DNA of 64,000 bases from a virus: the IMG/VR virus record IMGVR_UViG_3300023174_000062. The stretch is one strand, 5' to 3'. Position 1 is the first letter of the stretch. Each line of letters starts with the position of its first letter. The notes beneath the pieces were generated by a model. The model saw only the letters and a program-made list of their open reading frames with translations, was not told where the DNA came from and ran no database searches. Made by a program: the position numbers and the translations under genes. This document shows positions 59,368-64,000 of the stretch, piece by piece.

Positions 59368-60306
59368 ATGCTACAAGATTTTTTGTGGGTCGAAAAGTAT
59401 CGACCAAAAACTGTTGAAGATACAATTCTTCCAGCAGACTTAAAGGCAACATTCCAACAATTCGTTGACCAAAAGAATGTTCCCAATCTGATTCTTACAG
59501 GCGGTCCTGGCGTTGGTAAAACTACTATCGCCAAGGCTATGCTTGAAGAACTTGGATGTACTTATATTGTTATTAACGGATCGATGAATGGCAACATCGA
59601 TACCTTGCGAAATGAAATTAAAAACTTTGCCTCAACTGTATCATTCTCTGGTGGTCGCAAATATGTTATTCTTGACGAGGCTGATTATCTTAATCCGCAA
59701 TCTACTCAACCCGCATTACGAAACTTCATGGAAGAGTTTTCTGCTAATTGTGGTTTTATCCTTACTTGCAACTTTCTCAATCGTATCATCGCCCCTCTTC
59801 ACAGCCGATGCTCTGTTGTACAGTTTAAGATAAACGCATCAGACAAGCCAAAACTTGCTGGTCGTTTTATGAAACGTATGACTGGCATTCTACAAAAAGA
59901 AAACGTAGAGTATGAAGAGAAGGTTGTTGCTGAACTTATTATGAAACACTTTCCTGATTGGAGGCGTGTTCTCAATGAACTGCAACGTTACTCCGCTACG
60001 GGTAAGATTGATACTGGAATTCTTGCGAATATCTCAAGTGACAATTTCAAGTCATTAGTTGATAAACTGAAAGCAAAAGACTTCACAGGTATGCGTAAGT
60101 GGGTTGCAGAGAATCTAGACAATGAGCCATCAGTACTATTCAAACGAATCTTTGATAACAGCAATGAATGCTTAGTGCCAGATTCTGTTCCACGTTTGGT
60201 TCTATTGCTTGCCGACTATCAATACAAGTCTGCATTTGTCGTTGACCAAGAAATTAACTTTGTCGCTTTCTTGACTGAAGTGATGGTTGACTGTGAATTC
60301 AAATGA
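59368..60306 (+). CDS. gp44: Clamp loader large subunit gp44
   Basis: LWVEKYRP; GPGVGKTT; ILDEAD; LHSRC. Confidence 0.96.
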   Translation: MLQDFLWVEKYRPKTVEDTILPADLKATFQQFVDQKNVPNLILTGGPGVGKTTIAKAMLEELGCTYIVINGSMNGNIDTLRNEIKNFASTVSFSGGRKYVILDEADYLNPQSTQPALRNFMEEFSANCGFILTCNFLNRIIAPLHSRCSVVQFKINASDKPKLAGRFMKRMTGILQKENVEYEEKVVAELIMKHFPDWRRVLNELQRYSATGKIDTGILANISSDNFKSLVDKLKAKDFTGMRKWVAENLDNEPSVLFKRIFDNSNECLVPDSVPRLVLLLADYQYKSAFVVDQEINFVAFLTEVMVDCEFK

Positions 60307-60722
60307 CACCATTTGACTACCTAAACGCTATCAACCAATCAAAAGAAAACATGATGGTTGGTACTGACAATGATGACTTGGCAGAAAAATCGTACAATGC
60401 GTACATCGTTAATAAAGGACTATCTTACTTTCCAGACACCGTACTCTATGCTAATGAGATGAATCTCCGTCATTTACTTGACAACAAACCTCAATTTCTC
60501 TATTTACTAAATACCATCAGGCCTAAAAAAAGGTTCAGCAAATGGTTTAAAAATGAAATAGTTGAGGACATTAATGTGATTTCAGAATATTTTGGCTATA
60601 GTTACGCTAAGGCTAAACAAGTACAGAATCTCATAACCTCCGATCAACTTAAAATCATGCGACAAAAATTAGAAAAAGGTGGTTTGAAGTCTAAGGAGAA
60701 AAAAAATGGCGGTGAACGTTGA
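60303..60722 (+). CDS. gp62: Clamp loader small subunit gp62
   Basis: PFDYLNAIN; N.GLSYF.DT...ANEMN; KRFSKW; YFGYS..KA. Confidence 0.92.
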   Translation: MTPFDYLNAINQSKENMMVGTDNDDLAEKSYNAYIVNKGLSYFPDTVLYANEMNLRHLLDNKPQFLYLLNTIRPKKRFSKWFKNEIVEDINVISEYFGYSYAKAKQVQNLITSDQLKIMRQKLEKGGLKSKEKKNGGER

Positions 60723-61119
60723 AGACCTACTTGAGGTAAGATTAAAACAAGAAGACGATTTTTTAAAAGTAAAAGAAACACTAACCCGTATTGGCGTTGC
60801 ATCCCGTAAGGATAAAACATTGTACCAATCGTGTCATATTTTACATAAAAAAGGTAAATATTATATTGTACATTTTAAAGAGTTATTTGCATTAGATGGC
60901 AAACCAACTGACTTTGAAGAGAATGATTTAGCGAGAAGAAACACAATTGCAAAATTGCTAGCCGAATGGGGACTAATTGAAATTGTTCCTAGGGCAACAA
61001 ATGTTGAAGAGCCTATAGCACCATTGTCTCAAATCAAAATCATATCTTACAAAGAAAAAAATGATTGGCTCTTAACTGCTAAATATAATATCGGAAACAA
61101 AAAGAGGGAAGTAGAATAA
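60706..61119 (+). CDS. regA: Translational repressor RegA
   Basis: DDFLKVKETLTRIGVAS; LYQSCHILHK.GKYYIVHFKELF.LDG. Confidence 0.97.
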   Translation: MAVNVEDLLEVRLKQEDDFLKVKETLTRIGVASRKDKTLYQSCHILHKKGKYYIVHFKELFALDGKPTDFEENDLARRNTIAKLLAEWGLIEIVPRATNVEEPIAPLSQIKIISYKEKNDWLLTAKYNIGNKKREVE

Positions 61120-61120
61120 A

Positions 61121-61564
61121 ATGGATGAACTAGTACAATCGCTAAAAGTGACTTTAGCAAATCACTATGCGTTTTATTTGAAGACACATTACTATCATTG
61201 GAATGTAACAGGCTCTAATTTTCCACAGTATCATGTTTTTCTAGAAGGAATCTATACTGAAGTTTATGGTGTAGTTGACCAAATTGCAGAAGAGATTCGT
61301 GGATTGGATTCATATGCACCAGGAAGTTTTAATCGATTCATTCAGTTGTCTCAAATTCAAGGTGATGAAACTGTGCCACCAGCAGAAGTAATGTTGCAAA
61401 GATTATTGGATGATATTCCTGTAATGTTATCAAACATTGAACGTACATATGAACTTGCAGAACAAGTACATGCACATCATATCAGCAACTTTTTGGCGGA
61501 AAGACAAGACGCATTTAACAAACATGCATGGATGCTTAGAGCAACATTAAAAAAATTGGCATAA
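61121..61564 (+). CDS. dps: Dps/ferritin-like DNA-protection protein
   Basis: YLKTH.YHWNV.G..F..YH.FLE..Y......DQIAEEIR; KH.WML. Confidence 0.9.
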   Translation: MDELVQSLKVTLANHYAFYLKTHYYHWNVTGSNFPQYHVFLEGIYTEVYGVVDQIAEEIRGLDSYAPGSFNRFIQLSQIQGDETVPPAEVMLQRLLDDIPVMLSNIERTYELAEQVHAHHISNFLAERQDAFNKHAWMLRATLKKLA

Positions 61565-61587
61565 ATAAATTTGTCAACCAAATACAC

Positions 61588-61616
61588 TTGACAAGCGTTA
61601 TATAATATGAGATAAT
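61588..61616 (+). promoter_or_regulatory. sigma70-type promoter TTGACA-N17-GATAAT
   Basis: Near-consensus; -35 is one arm of TTGTCAA-N10-TTGACAA (61571-61594). Confidence 0.6.
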
Positions 61617-61644
61617 GTTATCTCAAACTAAATTAGGAGATTCT

Positions 61645-61866
61645 ATGAAATCCATGAAAGTATTGACAGCAGTAGCACTTACTACTCTCTCCCTAGTTGC
61701 CGTTGCGGCAGACAAACCAGCAGAAACAAAACCTGCGCCTGCAACAACAGCATCAGCACCTGCCGCTAAAGCAGACTCTAAAAAAGAGAAACCACATCCC
61801 AAAGTGATTACTCCAAAAGAGAAAGCCGCAAAAAAAGCAGAGGCTAAAGTAGACGCTAAGAAATAA
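61645..61866 (+). CDS. Small exported Ala/Lys/Pro-rich protein with signal peptide
   Basis: MKSMKVLTAVALTTLSLVAVA/ADK Sec-type signal with AVA cleavage site; SD AGGAG. Confidence 0.7.
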   Translation: MKSMKVLTAVALTTLSLVAVAADKPAETKPAPATTASAPAAKADSKKEKPHPKVITPKEKAAKKAEAKVDAKK

Positions 61867-61908
61867 TTCTTAGCAAATTTTTTATCATTATTTGATGAGG
61901 TATATAAA

Positions 61909-62136
61909 ATGGCATTCGTAAATTCTAGCAAAACACAGACAGAACTCTTGGTATCATACTTGCGTGGTACTGGTCGTGGAATCTCTGCACCCCAAGCAAA
62001 GTCTTTGTTTGGTATCAAAAACCTTCGTGCCCGTATCAGCGACTTGCGCCAAGCAGGTTTCAAAATCCGTAAGGATATGAACACAGAAGGTAACACAACA
62101 TATTTTGTTTCCCGCAGAATGGTTGGACAGGCTTAA
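61909..62136 (+). CDS. Small winged-helix DNA-binding protein
   Basis: IS..QA..LFGIKNLRARISDLRQ.G..I.......Y. Confidence 0.7.
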   Translation: MAFVNSSKTQTELLVSYLRGTGRGISAPQAKSLFGIKNLRARISDLRQAGFKIRKDMNTEGNTTYFVSRRMVGQA

Positions 62137-62141
62137 TCTGT

Positions 62142-62149
62142 TATAAATA
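62142..62149 (+). promoter_or_regulatory. T4-type late promoter TATAAATA
   Basis: Exact consensus at the start of a 171-nt non-coding gap. Confidence 0.7.
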
Positions 62150-62154
62150 AACGT

Positions 62155-62246
62155 ATCTCAGGGATGGGAACGTAAATGGCTCTTCTACCTTAGGAGCGTC
62201 TAACGCTGGTACAACGATATGGTACCCCTGTATTCAGTAAGCAGGA
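62155..62246 (+). ncRNA. Candidate structured RNA (unassigned)
   Basis: GC-richer than flanks; stems GCTC/GAGC, AGCGT/ACGCT, GGTAC/GTACC, CCTG/CAGG and long-range CAGGG/CCCTG. Confidence 0.4.
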
Positions 62247-62253
62247 TTTTAAT

Positions 62254-62310
62254 GATACGCCTTCGGGGTATCGAATTTTATTTTTAACTCGCTTAATAGG
62301 AGAAACTATG
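62254..62310 (+). promoter_or_regulatory. ROSE-like RNA thermometer 5'UTR
   Basis: cUUCGg-capped hairpin at 62254-62272, then CUC(G)CU-uaau-AGGAG hairpin masking the SD with a bulged G. Confidence 0.6.
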
Positions 62311-62535
62311 TTACAAAACATCAATAGTGCTATCGATGCATTTCAAAGCACAAAAACGCAATTCGTCAAAACATTCGTCAAGAATGAAGAACTTGCAAAA
62401 CCCCTCAACACTTTCATTGAAGCGCAAACATCTTACGCAAAGGCTGTCGCTGTAGAAGTCAATAAGTTTTTTACAACTCTTGGCATGTCTGCATACACAT
62501 TTGATGCTAAGAAAGCATTTTCAAAATCTAAGTAA
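62308..62535 (+). CDS. Small amphipathic helical protein (phasin-like, tentative)
   Basis: Good SD; Ala/Thr/Phe amphipathic pattern; apparently co-transcribed with hsp20. Confidence 0.5.
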   Translation: MLQNINSAIDAFQSTKTQFVKTFVKNEELAKPLNTFIEAQTSYAKAVAVEVNKFFTTLGMSAYTFDAKKAFSKSK

Positions 62536-62548
62536 GAGGAGATATAAA

Positions 62549-63049
62549 ATGGGACACACACCAATTCCCGCTATCTTTGGCGGACAAGGTTTCAAAGATT
62601 TTGATAAATTCTTTGTTGGCTTCGATGAGCAATTCAATCGACTAGCAAAAATACATGATGATGTGACTAAAAACATTCCTAACTACCCACCTTACAACAT
62701 TCGCAAGACTGGTGACAATACCTACGTCATTGAAATTGCGGTTGCTGGTTTTGGTAAACAAGAAATCGATATCACTTTAGAAGACAACAAATTAATTGTT
62801 GCGGGTAACACAAAAGATGATGGAGACAATTTCTTGTTTAAGGGTATTGCTAATCGTGCATTCACTCGCACATTTGCACTTGATGACCAAATCGAAATTC
62901 AAGATGCCGCTTTGATTAATGGCATGTTGAAGATTGCTTTGGAACGAATCATTCCAGAACATAAGAAGCCTAAGAAGATTGAAGTTAAGGATGCTGAATC
63001 TAAAACTAAAAAATCATCTCAGCAATATTTAACTGAGGATGAATTATGA
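62549..63049 (+). CDS. hsp20: Small heat-shock protein Hsp20/IbpA-like
   Basis: FVGFD; NYPPYNI; IEIAVAGF; KGIA.RAF.R.F.L; A...NGML.I.LER.IPE.KKPKKI; ATG at 62549 after GAGGAG. Confidence 0.95.
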   Translation: MGHTPIPAIFGGQGFKDFDKFFVGFDEQFNRLAKIHDDVTKNIPNYPPYNIRKTGDNTYVIEIAVAGFGKQEIDITLEDNKLIVAGNTKDDGDNFLFKGIANRAFTRTFALDDQIEIQDAALINGMLKIALERIIPEHKKPKKIEVKDAESKTKKSSQQYLTEDEL

Positions 63050-63129
63050 AATCAATAAAAAACTTCTTTATTGCTTTACTTGAATCTATTCAAGAAATAA
63101 AAAAACATAAAGCAGAGCGTTTTAAGTAA
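63046..63129 (+). CDS. 27-aa micro-ORF (MKSIKNFFIALLESIQEIKKHKAERFK)
   Basis: ATGA overlap with the hsp20 stop, GAGGA SD, ends just before terminator. Confidence 0.5.
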   Translation: MKSIKNFFIALLESIQEIKKHKAERFK

Positions 63130-63135
63130 ACACCG

Positions 63136-63160
63136 AGGGGGCGCAACGCCCCCTTTTTAT
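63136..63160 (+). terminator. Rho-independent terminator
   Basis: AGGGGGCG-caa-CGCCCCCT then T-tract. Confidence 0.85.
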
Positions 63161-63173
63161 TATAGGATATAAA

Positions 63174-63476
63174 ATGGCAAACTTGAGAATTTTAAAATTG
63201 GCAACAGGTGAAGAACTTGTCGGTGACATTGTAGAAGAAACTCCAGAAAAATATCGTGTAGAGAACCCATGTGTTCTTGGTATTGCAATGGGACCAAATG
63301 GCAAAGCAAGCCTTCAAATGCAACCTCTCCTAATCTTTTCAGAACAAAAAGTGGTAGAGTTTAATCCCAACCACGTAATTTACAACGTATCAGTTGCACA
63401 AGAAATAAAAAACAAGTATAATGAGATTTATGGTTCAGGAATTGTCCTGCCACCGACTCAAGGCATTATTACTTAA
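63174..63476 (+). CDS. Conserved hypothetical protein (Sm-like) upstream of DNA polymerase
   Basis: ILKL.TGEELVG ...NP... Y...YGSGIV.P. Confidence 0.7.
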   Translation: MANLRILKLATGEELVGDIVEETPEKYRVENPCVLGIAMGPNGKASLQMQPLLIFSEQKVVEFNPNHVIYNVSVAQEIKNKYNEIYGSGIVLPPTQGIIT

Positions 63477-64000
63477 TGAAATTTTATACGCATTTTTCTA
63501 AACTCGGCAACAACATTCTTGTTCGTGGATATAATAACGGTAAGAGGTTCAGCGATAAAGTTGAATACAACCCAACGTTATATCTACAATCTAAAGATGG
63601 TGATTATCGAACGTTAGATGGTCAATCACTTGCGCCTGTGTCGCAAGGCACAATGCGTGATGCTACTGAATTTATGAAACGTTATGAAGATGTTGACAAC
63701 TTCAAAGTTTATGGCTCAACAAACTTCCCATACGTTTATATCAATGAAGCCTATCCAGGAAAAATAGATTATGATCCAGAACAAATTAAGATTGCGAATA
63801 TTGACATTGAGGTTGGTTCTGAAAATGGCTTTCCTGAACCTGCGTCTGCGAGTGAGCCAATTACTGCCATCACGTTTAAGATAGCAGGACACTTCTATGT
63901 GTCTGGCTGTGGTGACTACGATAACAATCGTGATGATGTAACATATATCAAGTGCCGTGATGAGAATAATCTTATCATGCGCTTTCTCGACATGTGGGAA
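63476..64000 (+). CDS. gp43: DNA polymerase gp43 (family B), 3'-truncated by window edge
   Basis: MKFYTHF...GNNILVRGY..G...YNPTLY; ExoI IDIEV..ENGFP; frame open to window end. Confidence 0.93.
   Translation, partial: MKFYTHFSKLGNNILVRGYNNGKRFSDKVEYNPTLYLQSKDGDYRTLDGQSLAPVSQGTMRDATEFMKRYEDVDNFKVYGSTNFPYVYINEAYPGKIDYDPEQIKIANIDIEVGSENGFPEPASASEPITAITFKIAGHFYVSGCGDYDNNRDDVTYIKCRDENNLIMRFLDMWE

Noticed and set aside
62150-62250. tRNA, hammerhead/HDV ribozyme or c-di-GMP riboswitch
   Set aside because: No T-loop GTTCRA cloverleaf, no CUGANGA/GAAA core, and no convincing fit to HDV or c-di-GMP consensus by eye; kept as unassigned RNA
1699-63304. Numerous minus-strand and alternate-frame ORFs in the six-frame track (e.g. 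44284..45021, 18153..18707, 35233..35736, 61623..62096)
   Set aside because: They are shadows of well-supported + strand genes, with no recognisable motifs
1-64000. Alternative genetic code or stop-codon reassignment
   Set aside because: Core genes are full-length under the standard code and end at expected positions

Overview
A 64-kb segment of a large, AT-rich T4-like (Tevenvirinae/Kyanoviridae-type architecture) myophage genome, with essentially all real genes on the + strand. Gene order: baseplate module (hub fragment, gp5 OB-fold, gp25, gp6, gp7-like, gp8, 2039-aa DUF4815-type virion protein, fibre-like proteins, two tandem Gly-rich paralogues); neck, terminase, tail and head module (gp13-gp23, with two tail-tube paralogues); gp3, uvsY, uvsW, gp55, gp47/gp46; an accessory block (peptide deformylase, GNAT-like/beta-hydroxylase fusion, fold-type II PLP enzyme, dCMP deaminase, amino-methyltransferase, tandem 2OG-Fe(II) oxygenases, nuclease-like ORF); an early block with sigma70-type promoters (vWA/CobT-like plus MoxR/CobS AAA); and the replication module (gp45, dsbA, gp44, gp62, regA, dps, hsp20, start of gp43). 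Best candidates for something new: (i) a putative DNA base-hypermodification operon at 46.8-52.9 kb; (ii) a late-promoter-driven structured RNA plus ROSE-like thermometer at 62.14-62.31 kb; (iii) two identically built antisense sigma70 promoters; (iv) an attenuator-like switch before the portal gene; (v) a P-loop kinase with a capsid-targeting-like leader. All assignments come from motif recognition and synteny only; no database search was run.
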